Shown here in pieces: positions 37,491 to 49,915 of a DNA stretch of 64,000 nucleotides. Positions within the stretch are counted from its first letter, which is position 1. Each line of letters starts with the position of its first letter. Source of the stretch: the human T2T-CHM13v2.0 reference genome, Homo sapiens. Under the pieces are notes generated by a model that made no database searches, was not told the DNA's origin, and was given only the letters and a program-made list of their open reading frames with translations. The position numbers and the translations under genes were made by a program. The stretch lies in the NCBI RefSeq assembly GCF_009914755.1, contig NC_060945.1. One strand, 5' to 3'.

Positions 37491-37520
37491 TTTGAGTCAG
37501 AGTCTTCTTTCTGACTCAAA
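37491..37520. promoter_or_regulatory. 11-bp inverted repeat with a consensus AP-1 site (TGA[C/G]TCA) in each arm
   Basis: tttgagtcaga-gtcttctt-tctgactcaaa; motif match only, function not shown. Confidence 0.45.
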
Positions 37521-37767
37521 TATTAGAGGCATACTGAAAAGTTATTATTGTGTTTTACTTTCAAAATCAGTTCTCGATTTTCTTTCAAATAGAGAATAAT
37601 GCAATGTATTAAATTTTGGGTATTTTTAATTTGTTGGTTTGGTTGAGGTTTAATTTTTATAGATCTTCTCAGACTAAATACATTCTTGATGTACCTTGAA
37701 ACACTGTATCTTTTTATTAGTAATTATTTTGGAATTTTTCTATAGATGGTTGAATTTTTGTATTGTA

Positions 37768-37900
37768 TCAGTAGTTCTTAATTGATTTTATATCTCAGAT
37801 ACCCTTGAAGATATAATAAAATTACAGATCATTTTCCCAGAAAAACAAATATAGTAAATGCATACAAAATTTTGCATACTCCTTAAGTGTTTGATAGGGA
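37768..37900. mobile_element. hAT-Charlie MITE fragment (Charlie4z-like)
   Basis: 'cagtagttcttaa..cccttgaag..cccagaaaa..acaaaattttgcatac'. Confidence 0.4.
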
Positions 37901-39050
37901 TACAAAAGTTAATTCATGTACTGCACATTTGTCGAACTTGAGCTACTTTATCTGTCCAGACCATATCATACTTATACTTCCTATTTTCAGAATGAGACAA
38001 AATTTTAGAGACACAAAAAGGCAAACATGCAACTCAACTTTTACATAATTTGCCAAATGCAGTGCCAGGCCAATGCCTGGATGTCATCTGAAGGCAGCAG
38101 ATTCGGTCAGAGAAGGTGCCAGGCCTAAGCTGCAGAGCTGGCTTTGAGGATGGGGGTGAGCAAGCAACAGAGGATTTTATCTGCAATTGGTCTTAATCCT
38201 CTGAATAAAGCATAAGTTTTGGTCTTGATAACTCATGTACCTTAGGGATCTATGGACCAGGAAGGGCAGATTTCACTCAATTTTATATAAAAATAGAAGC
38301 AAACAGATGTAATCTCCAAACAGAGTTCCTATTAAAGACAGTCAGTAGACAGTATATGTTCTCTTTCCCTGTTGTAGTAATACAGCCTGTTTTTGGAAAG
38401 AACACAAAAAACTTGATTCACTTTGTTTAGGAAAAATAAGCAATAGTTACATCCCATTTTCTTCCCAGAAAATGGTGGTTTCAGTCCTAGGAGATATTCT
38501 AAGGTCTTCACAATAGCTGCTACTTTTCTTAATTTCACACAGAGTAGGCATAATTTCAAGTTTGGGAAATACCTTATTGTCATCCTTATCCTTCATTTTA
38601 CTCTTTATTAAAAAAACAGTAATATGTACATATGGTGTGTTATTTCCAAATGGATAAAATAATAGCTCTCAGATGCTTCATATAATTCAATGAAGTAATA
38701 ATAAAATATATATTTCTCTTAAATAGAACAACACAAGCCTTGGTGATGATCATGGTGTATAGGGCAATGAGACAGATTGGTAGGTTATTTGTAAATGCTT
38801 TTTAGAGGGCATTATGCTGGGTTTCTCTGCCTCCATATTTCCCATCACAGTATCTTATTTGTAGATTTGTGTATTGATTTATACTGGAGTGTATTTTATC
38901 ATTTGTGTCTACATCTGACCATCTGTTTGCCTGCTAATTCTGTAGCCATTCTTTCTTTCACAGGGTCAGAAAGCTATATATACTCCTTCCATTTCACATT
39001 TTTACTGAGTCGGGCTTGTTATCTTTTAAAATTTGATTTGCTTTTCTTCC

Positions 39051-39348
39051 TTTTTTTTTTTTTTTGTTAAGACAGCGTCTCATTCTGTCACTCGGGCTGG
39101 CTTGCAGTGTGGCATGATCTTGGCTCACTGCAGCCTCGACCTCCTGGGCTCAAGGGAACCCCTCATCTCAGCCTCCTGAGTAGCAGAGACTACAGTCATG
39201 CAGCACCACAGCCAGCTAATTTTTTTTCGGTAGAGACAGGGTCTCACTAGGTTGCCCATGCTGGTCTCGAACTCCCAGGATCAAGCAATCCTCCCATCTT
39301 GGCCTCCCAAAGTGCTAGGATTACAGGCGAGAGCCACCATGCTCAGTC
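39051..39348 (-). mobile_element. AluJ-type, full length
   Basis: 'gcagcctcgacctcctgggctcaag', 'gggtctcact..gttgccca', 'tcaagcaatcctccca' are J-type diagnostics. Confidence 0.93.
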
Positions 39349-39479
39349 TTTCTTCTCTTCCTTTTAACCTAGTAGACCTAGCATCCTTTAGGATTCTGGT
39401 ATTATTAAAGCATTAATTACTTTTTGTTCAGGAGTTGTAGAGAATTCTGTTCACTTTTATGTTTGCTTGTCTACATTTC

Positions 39480-39560
39480 TATTAGATTGAACTACAGGAA
39501 ATTGCCATTTTTTGGTAAAATATGGTCAAATGTTGGCAATTTAAGATGGCTCACCTATAA
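39480..39560. mobile_element. MADE2 (Hsmar2-derived ~80-bp mariner MITE), copy 1
   Basis: tattagattgaac..gaaattgccatttt..tggtcaaat.ttggcaattt..atgg.tca.ct; terminal inverted repeats. Confidence 0.8.
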
Positions 39561-41126
39561 TTTGTTATGTAGACTTGAAAAAAAATTGGAGAACTTTGTG
39601 AGACAAATGTCGGCAAAATGCTTAACACATAAGGGCTTTTTACATGCTATGTATTATCACTATTATATAAAACAATTCAGTGCTATCTATAAAAAGAATC
39701 TGATGTATGACAGCTATTCTCAAGTGTGTTTGTGCAATGCTCAAGTAGCCACTTTATAGTGAGACCTCTGGGGATGCAATTTTAACATTCCATAGTCATT
39801 TTAAATTCATTTTTAAATTGCCAGGTTTGGCTGTTTTTCAACTTTGGCCTACTTGTTCTATTTTATCTATACATAGCTGTATTCACAAACCGTTATCCTC
39901 TTTACAATAACATCCTGCAGGAGCATATAAGTCCTTAAGAGCAAAAGATAGAAGAAAATGTAAAGATCTAGACATGTTAAGTGTTTTAAAATATCATGCT
40001 GCAAACGTATCAAATATTTTAGTTTATCATTATTTCTGTTCAAATTGTGTGGATCAAATCCAAAGGCTAAATCCTCTTCAAATCCCTTTTGAACTATCCC
40101 CATGTTCTTAACCTATCTCAATGTCATTACGATTTTTTTAAGAAAAATAAGTCTCAAAGAAAAATACAGAGAAGGAGCAGAATAACTGGTTTTGTCACTG
40201 GACTCATGATCATTTCTCCCATTATGATCAGTTTCAGGCCTTAAGTTCAAGACCAGTATTTATGTTGGGAGTTGATTTAGGCAAATTTTCATTCAAAGGA
40301 TAAACTAATTTAAGAGCCAAACAAAGGGTTTGCTAAATTAATTGCTAACTCATTTTTCTAAATTTGAAGCTTCAATGATTGCTTCTGTTAATGCAACATT
40401 GTCCTAGAGTATGGGCAGCTTTTGTAGCACTCTTGTCATTGCCATAATTAATTCTTACTTGGAGCAAGTACAACATTCATCACATTTTAGATGGTGCTCC
40501 AGCATACTGTGTCAGAACAGAAGGAAGGCGGTGATTGACAAAATGTTTATGTGACAGATACATTCACCATATAAATACACATCTGATGAACTCGAAAATT
40601 AGCTTGCTGTTTGGAACAGTCATGCATATTTTAAAGACCAACTTCACAGAAATGCTATTTTCCACGGCTCATTTCAGCTAAAAAGAGTAGTAACATAATG
40701 CTCATATGCCAAAACAAAACGACTTATTTTATTCAGCCATTTCAAACAACTGATGGCAGGAAATAGCAGGAAACTTAAGGCCAGGCCACTTAAATTCCCG
40801 TAAGAGGCAAGGAGTGCTTTTTTTTTCAATTAAGGAGAAAGCCAAACATTTTTGTCCAATACTAATATTCTTTGGCAATTTTTACTGAATCTTAGAGGTT
40901 ACTTTTTGTCATTTTAAATATGCATACTTATTTTTGACTTAGTCTTCAGAATTAGTGATGCACACACACAGTAATTAGTTGAGCTCTATCTCCAGTTCAC
41001 CTGCTCCTTAGTTTCCAGTCATAAATTTTGTCTCTTCTCTCTACTTTCCCATTACACTTCCCAAAGGCTGGCTCCACTCTTTTCTGCTACCTTATGCAAT
41101 GCTAAGCTCTTCTGCTCCTTAATCCT

Positions 41127-41602
41127 GGTTACCAATTAACTACTGCTGTGTAACAAACAATCTCAGCAATAAGTGGTTTAAAATAATAGCCACTGTTGTT
41201 TAAGAATCTATAGGTCGGCTGGGTGGTTCTGCTTATGTTTGTACAGGTCAGCTGGGGCCTGGCTGTTCTAATATATCTTCACTCTTATGTCAGGTGAATG
41301 ATTGAGGCAACAGGAGTGACAGGACCTCATGACTCTTGGCATCCAGAAGGCTGGTGTGGGCTCTTTCTCATAGCAGCTAGGAAGAGAGGGAACAGAAGCT
41401 TGAAAGGCTGCCTGAGGCCTAGACCTAGAATTGGACCAGTGCAATTCTGCCACATTCTTTTAAACAAAGCAAGTTACAAGGCTAGCCTAAATCCAAGAAG
41501 GAAAATAGACTTCACCTCTTGACAGAAGAAGCTGCAATGTCACACTGCAAAGTGCATGATAAATAAGAACTGAACTAGAAACTTCTGTAATCACTCAATC
41601 AC
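41127..41602 (-). mobile_element. MLT1 (H/I/J-type) MaLR LTR
   Basis: 'tgctgtgtaacaaac..agtggtttaaaataa', 'ttctgccacattct..caaagcaagt.acaaggc.agcc..atagacttcacctcttga..agctgcaa.gtcaca'. Confidence 0.8.
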
Positions 41603-41889
41603 ATTCCTCCACCATTATTCCAAAAATATTTGCTCTACACTTCTTTTCAATGTCCATACCCTGATGAAGCCAAATGAAGTTTGTTGACCAACTTACTTAC
41701 AACTTACAACCAGCAGAGAAAGCCAGGTTAGAATCCAAAGTCAAGAAGCAAGACAAAAGAGAGAGATTGTCATAATTCCCAGTTTATTATTTGTGTCTTC
41801 AGTGTCAACAAGACCAAAATAAAGCTTCTCCACGCTACCAGCTTTGAAATGAGAATTCTGTTCCCTTTATGTTTGCTTGTCTATACTTC

Positions 41890-41971
41890 TATTAGATTGA
41901 ACTACATGAAATTGCCATTTTTTTGGTAAAATATGGTCAAATGTTGGCAATTTAAGATGTCTTACCTGTAA
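41890..41971. mobile_element. MADE2, copy 2 (inside a duplicated segment)
   Basis: Same MITE and same flanks as 39480-39560. Confidence 0.8.
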
Positions 41972-42164
41972 TTTGTAAAGTAGACTTGAAAAAAATGTAG
42001 ACTTGAAAAAAAATCATACTTTGATTCTTTGGGAAATGATGGGAAGTTTTTAGAATAACCATACACAGACATTTTTAAATAAAAGCAATTTCTTTTTTAA
42101 AAAATCCTTCTAGTTTTTAAAGGATTCATTGGCTCATGGAATTGAACATAAATGGAAGTTTCAT

Positions 42165-42360
42165 GTGGAGAGGAAAATACAGCATGGATTTTGACATGAC
42201 ACAAAACTAAATTCAAATTTCACTTCTGCAAAATTTAATACCATGTGACTTTGACCTAATTGGCCACTCCAGCCTTACTTCTCACCTGCCTTACGGACTC
42301 ATTATGAGAAAAAAACATGTTGTATTACATGAAAGTCAATACACATGGCAAATGTTAATC
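42165..42360 (+). mobile_element. MIR SINE
   Basis: 'agcatggattttga..aattcaaat..cttctgc..tgtgactttg..atgaaagt..acacatgg'. Confidence 0.55.
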
Positions 42361-43560
42361 ATATTTTTATTTATTTAATGCATTACTTTACACTCTCACA
42401 GAAATGACAGATGAAGGGGACAGGGCAAACCCAGGAAAACTTAGCCCAGAGCTCTTCCACCTAACAGGGAGTCTTAGAACTATACTTTATGCTTTTTAAG
42501 AAAAATAACTCACTTACTAAAAATAGAATTTTGAAGTTAACATTCTTCTTCAAAATTATCAAATACATTTAAAAAGTTCCATTAAGTAATATCACTTCTC
42601 CGAACATGTTTGCATGCATGAACTCTTGAAGCATTTTCTTTGATTCAACTACATTCTTTAATATACCACAAGAATATGTACAACAAAAATACTGCTTCAA
42701 TCAAACCTGTCTGATAAATAAATAGTTTGTATATTTGCATTTGTTAGGATATCTGCTAGTCATAGACTCCTGAAACCTTTGATAAGCCATGAAAAAAGTG
42801 TACTGACAACTCAACATATGTGGTCAAAATAAATAAATAAGCAATGCTTTAGTTTTTCTAGAAGATTGTTTTGTTACATGGGAGAAGAAAATGAATCCCT
42901 ACACCACTTAAAAGAAAGTCTGCTTGCATCTTCAAAACTCAAAAGGAAAGAAACAAATCATTGTTTTACAAAGTTGAAAGGCATCTTTTACCATTTCACA
43001 GAAATCTCAAACATTCACATCCCTAGAGTCCCAGGTAATGTCATGTAGTTCATATGTATTTTGAGGTGGTTATATACTTTATTCATAAGATTCTTTTATT
43101 TATTTCAAAGAATTTATTTGTACATTGTTTACCTTCTTTGCCAAGTTCAGTGATACACTGTGATGCCTTTTCTTGGTGGGCAGAGGAAAAAATGCATTTC
43201 TGGAGAAATTGTGGTTTAGAGCTAGTTTTCAGGGTGGCAGCCCCCAAGAGGAAAATTGACTAGAAAGGATCAACAATCTTTAATTCTATCACAAGTTTAA
43301 TCTTGTAATGAAACCTGAAAATTTCATTTTTGTTAATAGAGAACCAGCATGAAATGTAGTGAACAAACCATTTCCACTGGCTGCTAACACAGCCACACTG
43401 AGTCATCACAGACTCAGCATAAAAAAATTGATTTAATTATATTGAAGAGAAAGGGATGGGGATAGACTGAATCAGCACAGTCAGCCAAATGCAAACAAGG
43501 CACACAACTCAAAATTGCTGTGGGGAATGCAATATGCTTTAAGTGTGGAGCTGAAGTGTT

Positions 43561-43608
43561 CATCTCTGACTGTTCCATTCTTAGGAACATCTCTGACTGT
43601 TCCATTCT
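43561..43608. repeat. 21-bp perfect direct repeat, 27-bp period
   Basis: catctctgactgttccattct at 43561-43581 and 43588-43608. Confidence 0.92.
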
Positions 43609-43786
43609 AATAGGTAGCAATTCCAGTTGTACTGAAAAGCAGCTCTCCCTTGCGAGATATCTGACCCATTTTTCCAATGATTTCTCTGCAGCAGAGCCAT
43701 AATTTACCAACAAATAAGCCAATTAAGCCAATTAAGTGGTGTGTTCACTCCTTTGGGTCACTTCCTAATGACTCTAAAAACCCATT

Positions 43787-44181
43787 TGCTATGATCCGAA
43801 TGTTTTTGTGCGCCCAAAATTCATATGTTGAAACCCTAATTCCCAAGGTGACTGTATTAAGATGTGGGGCCTTTGGAGGTGAATATCATGAGGTATTCAT
43901 GAGATATCATGATATATATCATGAGAATAGAGCCCTCATGAATTAAATTAGTTCCCTTATGAAAGAGACCCAGTGAAGCTTATTTGCCCCTTCTACCATG
44001 TGAGAACACACTAAGAAGACGCCATGTATGAATCAGGAGATGGGCCCTTCCAGACACTGAACCTACAAGCACCTTGATTTTGGACTTCCCAGCCTACAAA
44101 ACTGTGAGAAATAAATTTCTGTTGTTCATGAGTTATCCAGTTTATGGTATTTTTCTATAGCAGTCCAAATGGACTAAAGCA
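43787..44181 (+). mobile_element. MLT1A/MST-type MaLR solo LTR
   Basis: tgctatg..gaatgttt.tgt..ccaaaattcatatgttgaaaccctaa ... ggacttcccagcct..aactgtgagaaataaatttctgttg..atggactaa..ca; flanks ccatt / tcatt. Confidence 0.9.
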
Positions 44182-44317
44182 TCATTCTTGTGAATTAATC
44201 TAAAACACCCTTCACTTGTAATCTCCAGGAACATTGCCCAAATACACATGGAGTCTACTCTGATCTGTTTTCACTAGGGATCATGTCATTATCAAATTGT
44301 AAAAAAACAATTACCCA

Positions 44318-44406
44318 TATATAAATATATAGACATATTATATATTTATATATAGGTATATATACATACACATATACATACAGATATATCGAGATATAGA
44401 TATATC
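44318..44406. repeat. TA-rich low-complexity tract
   Basis: Interrupted (TA)n/(CA)n/(GA)n. Confidence 0.85.
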
Positions 44407-44429
44407 TGTGAATAAATAAGCTTTACTTC

Positions 44430-45873
44430 AAGCAGAAAGGCAGCATGTCCAGCCCCAGGACCTAAGATAGCCCTCATGGACTTAGCCTCTAGGCAAGAGC
44501 CCACACATCTAACCTCCTGGCTGGCCCCAGTGGATCCAGGCTTGAGGCTAGTCCCCATGCACTATGGCTGCAGAGGACCCAGGGTCCAGGCTCGTCCCTG
44601 TAGACCACAGTGCCAAGTTGGCTCCCATGAAATGAGGCTCCAGAATCACCTCTGCAGACCTAGGCTCCAGAATAGCCCCCATGGATTCAGGACCCAAATC
44701 TATCCCCATGGACTCAGGTTCCCGGCCACCTAGCACTGGGACAGTTCCCATGGACTCAGCCTCTAAACCTATTCTAGTGAACCCAGGTGCCATGCTCATC
44801 TCAGTGTCTGGCTGGCCCTTGCAGACTCAGGCTCAAGGACTACCCTAGTGCCAGTTCAAGCAATGTGGACCCAGGTTTCAGGCCAGCCCCCATGGATACA
44901 GACTCCACCACCAGCCCTGGGAACCCAGTCAACAAGTCCAACCTAGTGAAATCAAACTCCAGATCCACCCCAATGAACACAGGTGGCAGGCCTGTCTATC
45001 TGCTAACCCAGGTATCAGTCCAGCCTGCCCAAGGACTAGCAGACTCAAGCCTGCCTACAACATGCCTTGTGAAGGGCTTCCCCTAACAAAGCCAGTCTGC
45101 AAAGATTGAAATAAGTCTCTACTTCTTCAAATGTACAGACTTCATAAGACAATAAGAAACATAAAAAACACAACAACAACAACAACAAACACTGCCAAAA
45201 TAACATCATAATCTTCCAGTAGCTGATCCCCAAAGAAATGGGGATATAAATACTGCCTGACAAAGAACTTAAAATAATGTTTTAAAGAATTTCAGTGACC
45301 TTTAAGAAAATACAGAGAAATAATTTAATAAACTTAGCAATAAAATAAATGACCAAAGTGAGGAACTTTCAAAAGAAATTAAAATTATTTTAAAAATCAA
45401 ACAGAAATTCTGGAGGTGAAAAATACAATGAGTGAAATGAAAATTACAATAGAGATCATCAATAGCAGAACTGGTCAAGCAGGAGAAATAAACTCTAAAC
45501 TAGAAGACAGTATATTTAAAATATAGTCAAAAAAAGAAAAAAGGAATGAAGAAAACTTCTTGGATTTATGAAACAGCATCAAAAGCGGAAATATTTGAGA
45601 GATAGAAGTTTGTGAAGAAGACAAAGCAGAGATAAATAGAAGAAAGCTTATTTAAAGAAATAATAGCATAAACTTTCCAAATATGGGAAGCATATACATA
45701 TCCAACTATAGAAAATTCAAAAGTCTTCTATCAGATTAATTCCAAACAGGAATACACAAACATATATTATAATCAAACTGTCAAATATCAAAGACAAGGA
45801 GAGGAACCTGAATACAGTAAGAGAAAAAAAGCAAATGACATATAAGGAGTTCCAATAAGGCCAGTGATATATA

Positions 45874-45929
<56 letters not shown>

Positions 45930-48770
45930 TATATATACACATACACATATATATATATATATATATAGCTGAAGGAAGAAAAACGCCAACCAACACCAAC
46001 TGTAAGGCACCTGGCAAAGCTGTTCTTGAGAAATGCAGTGACACACATTTTCCCAAATGAACAAAAACAAAGAGTTCATCACCACCAGACCTGTCTTATA
46101 AGAAATACTAAAGAGATTTCTTCAGGCTGAAAGGAAAGGACACTTAGAAACATGAAAATATATTAAAGTATAAAAATCACTACTAAAAATAAGTACATGG
46201 TCAAATTAAGAATATTCAAATACTGTGATGGTAGGGTATAAATTACATGTCTTTATTGTGAAGGTCAAAAGACAAAACTATTTAAAATAAAAATAACTAC
46301 AATAATTTGTTAAGGAATACACAATGCAAAAAGAGGTAAATTTTGAATCAAAACATTTAATGCAGGGAGATTGAGTAAAAATGTAATATTATTTTATACA
46401 ATCAACATTCAGATGTTAAGATTATCAGCTTAAAATAGCCTGTTATAACTATGTTTTATGTAAGTTTCATGATAACCACAAATGAAATATTAAAGGCCGT
46501 ATTTGGCAAACTCACAGCTAACATCATACTCAATGGTGAAAAGCTAAACGTTTTTTCTTTAAGATTGGGAACAAGGCAAGAATGCCCACTTATCATTTCT
46601 ATTCAACATAGTACTGGAAGTCCTAGCCAGAGCAATTAGACAAGTGACAGAAATAAAGGGCATCCAAATTGGAAAGGGAGAAGTTAAATTGTCCCTGTTC
46701 GCAAATGACCATAATCTTATATGTGGAAAGCCCTAAAGATTGCACCAAATAACTGTGAGAACTAAAATATGCATTCAATAAAGTTGCAGGATACAAAATC
46801 AACTTACAAAAATCAGTAGTGTTTCTATATATTCACAATGAACTATCCAAAAACAAGAAAACAAACTCATTTACAATAGATAGGAAGAAATAAAAAATAA
46901 AATACTCAGGAATAAATTTAAAGAGGTGAAAGACCTCTGCAAGGAAAACTATGAAACTATTAAATTATAAACTAATAAACTATAAAACTAAAAACTGTTG
47001 ATGAAAGAAATTGAAGAAGATGCAAATAAATGGAAAAATATTGCATATTTACAGATTGGAATAATTAATATTGTTAAATGTTCATACTACTCAAAACAAT
47101 CTACAGATTTAACACAATTCCTATCAAAATTCCAATGACATTTTTCACAGAAGTACAAAAAAACTTCTAAAATTCATATGTAACCAGAAATGACCCAGAA
47201 TACCCAAAGCAATCTTAAGCAAAAAGAACAAAGTTTAATGCATCACACTGCCTGATTTCAAAATATACTACAAAGCCATATTTATCAAAACAACAGGGTA
47301 CTGGTATAAAAACAGAAACATCTGTTAATAAAACAGAATGGAGAGCCTGGAAATATGTCCTTACATTTATAGTCAACTGATTTTTGACAAAGTTACCAAG
47401 AACACACAATAAGTAAAGAATAGCTTCTCTTCAGTAATTGGTGCTGGGAAAACTGGTTATCTATACGTAGAAGGATGAAATTAGATCCTTATGCAAAAAT
47501 CAACTCAACATATTTTTAAAAATCTACTCAAAATGGATTAAAGACTTAAAACTGGAAACTATAAAACTACTAGAAGAAACCATAGAGGAAAAGCTCCATG
47601 ACTTTGGTCTGAGTGCTGATATTTTTTTAATACATCCCCTTTTAAAAGCACAGGCAACAAAAGTGAAAATAGACAAATGGGAAAATATCAAACTAAAAAC
47701 TTATACAGCTAAGGAAATAAACAACAGAGTGAAGAGACAACCTATGGAATGGGAGAAAATAACTGCAAACTGTGTATCTGATAATTACATCCAATGTATA
47801 TAAGGAACTCAAACAACTCAATAGCGAGAAAACAATCTGATTTTAAAATGGGCAAAGAACCTGAATAGACATTTTTCAAAAGAGAGCATGCAAATGGCCA
47901 ACAGATAGATGAAAAAGTGTTCAACATCACTATTCATCAGAGAAATGCAAATCAAAATCACAGTGAAATATCGCGTCAACCTACTTAGAATGGCTATTAT
48001 CAAAAAGATGAAAGACAAGTGTTGACAAAGATGTGGAGAAACAGAAATCACTGCACACTGTTGGTGAGACTGTAAATAAATAGAGCTATTACAGAAAACA
48101 ATACAAAGCTCCTCAAAAACTTAAAAATAGAACCACCATATGATTCAGCAACCCCGCTACTGAATGTATATCCAAAAGAAGTGAAGTTAGTATGCCAAAG
48201 AGATATCTGCACTCCCATGTTTATTTCAGTGCTGTTCACAATAGCCCAAATACAGAATCAACATAAGGGTCCAATAAATAGATAAAGAATATATGGTATA
48301 TATACATAATGAAATACTCTTTAGTTGTTTTTAAAAAAAGGAAATCCTGTCATTTGCAATAACATGGATAAACCTAAAGGATATTATGTTAAGTGAAATA
48401 AGCCAGGCACAGAAAGACAAATACGGCATGATCTCACTTATGTAGAATCTAAAAAAGTTGAACTCATAGAAGCAGAGGTTAGGGGATCATATTGGCCAAA
48501 GGATACAAAATGTCAGTTAGGTAAGAAGAATAAGTTCAAGATCTATTGAACAACACGGTGACTATAGTTAATAATGTATTGTATTCTTGAAAAGCACAAA
48601 GAGAGTGGATTTTAAGTGTTCTCAACAAAAAACATATGTGAGGTAATACATATGTTATTAGCTCAATTTAGCCATTCCACAGTGTATACATATTTCAAAA
48701 CATCATTCTGTACAAAAGTATTTTTATTTGTCCATTTTAAAAATAAATAAAATATGTAAGAGGAAAAAAA
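44430..48770 (+). mobile_element. L1MA5-7-like LINE-1: repetitive 5' UTR, ORF1 remnant, inter-ORF, ORF2 lacking its N-terminal part, 3' UTR
   Basis: ORF1-like 'aaacagaaattctggag.tgaaaaatacaatg..gagttcatcaccaccagacct'; RT piece [22 protein letters not shown] (46451-46639); 3' UTR 'gtgaggtaatacatatgtt..ttagccattccaca'. Confidence 0.88.
45867..45967. repeat. Compound (TA)n/(TG)n/(CA)n microsatellite inside L1 ORF1
   Basis: Direct reading; source of the YIYI-type spurious ORFs. Confidence 0.95.
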
Positions 48771-48784
48771 AGAAAGAAAGCATG

Positions 48785-48955
48785 GCGAAGACTGGACTAC
48801 AGTCAGGAAACCTATAATTTTGTTCAGCTACCTGTTGACTAGCTCAGGTTATAAGCTTTCTGAGTGATCTTTCTATACCTACAGTTTTCACTTGTAAGAA
48901 GTCACAGGATTGGCTGAGATTACTGACAAAGCCCCTCACAGGTCTAAAGTTTTGT
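48785..48955 (+). mobile_element. MIR (MIRc/MIR3-like) fragment
   Basis: 'actggact..agtcaggaaacct..cagttttcacttgtaa..ggattgg..tctaaa'. Confidence 0.55.
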
Positions 48956-49915
48956 GATCTAAAGTTGTTTACCAGGAATCTACAAATTGCCTAAAGCCAT
49001 GGTCTGTATAAACTAAAGCAAAGCCTACATTTTTAAGTTATATTTTTATAACAGTAGTTTATAAATATAAATAAGAGTACAGGCAAAAATACATGGCTAT
49101 ATCCAATATTCTATTCAAGATCCCTGCAGCAATTTGTTTTATAAAAAATTACATCTTCACAAAAATATCTTCAAAGATATTCCACTGAGAGTTCATACTT
49201 TTTCTCACCCTTTAAATGTACTAGAATCAGCAAAGACATATGAAAATCGATCAGTATTCTTTTCATCCTCTCCTAGTTTATATATTTTGATTTTTTTTCT
49301 TACTTGTTGATGTCCTGTGTGAACATCAGCATTATTACCTTAACTTATCCTTGGACTTCCATGGAATTAATGAACTGTTGCAATAGCCAATCATAATTTG
49401 TGTTTATGGTTTAGCATTCTGTCTGGCTTATAATTATTTTTAGTACAGATCTGCTAGTTCAGTAAATGCTTTCATTATTCTTAGAGCTGAAGAAGCTTTT
49501 GGTTATGCAGAGCTTGTCTTGTCCCTGCACCTTACTTCTTGGCCACCGCTTGTAGTAAACATCGTTTTTGCTCCATTTTAATAGAGCTGCCTGCAGAAGG
49601 TCATTTATTAGGTAATCACTTGTCTGTGAAAAATTCTAATTACTCTATGTTTGTCAAAGGGAGGAAAATAGCATTGGATGTGAATGCTGAATGAGAAGCA
49701 AACCAGAATGCAGATAAGGGAATCAGAAGTTTTTTAAATTGGTAGATAAAAAGATGTGTTAAGTGCACCTACATTTTGAGGGTTAAAAAGAAAAGATACA
49801 CTATCAGCTATAATAAAGATAAAAAAGCATAGAGTTTATGGTGTTATCAATTTGGAGTTAAAGCAAAAGAAAAATCGTTTATGAAGGGTACAGGGATGTT
49901 TTTCCTGTGGAATCT

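Noticed and set aside
39440-41996. The 147-bp direct repeats as LTRs of a novel 2.5-kb retroelement
   Set aside because: No TG..CA termini, primer-binding site, polypurine tract or TSD. The repeats are MADE2 plus flanks, and the interior holds an older MLT1 LTR.
45717-46085. Three overlapping YIYI/CVCV-rich ORFs
   Set aside because: Translations of a (TA)/(CA) microsatellite.
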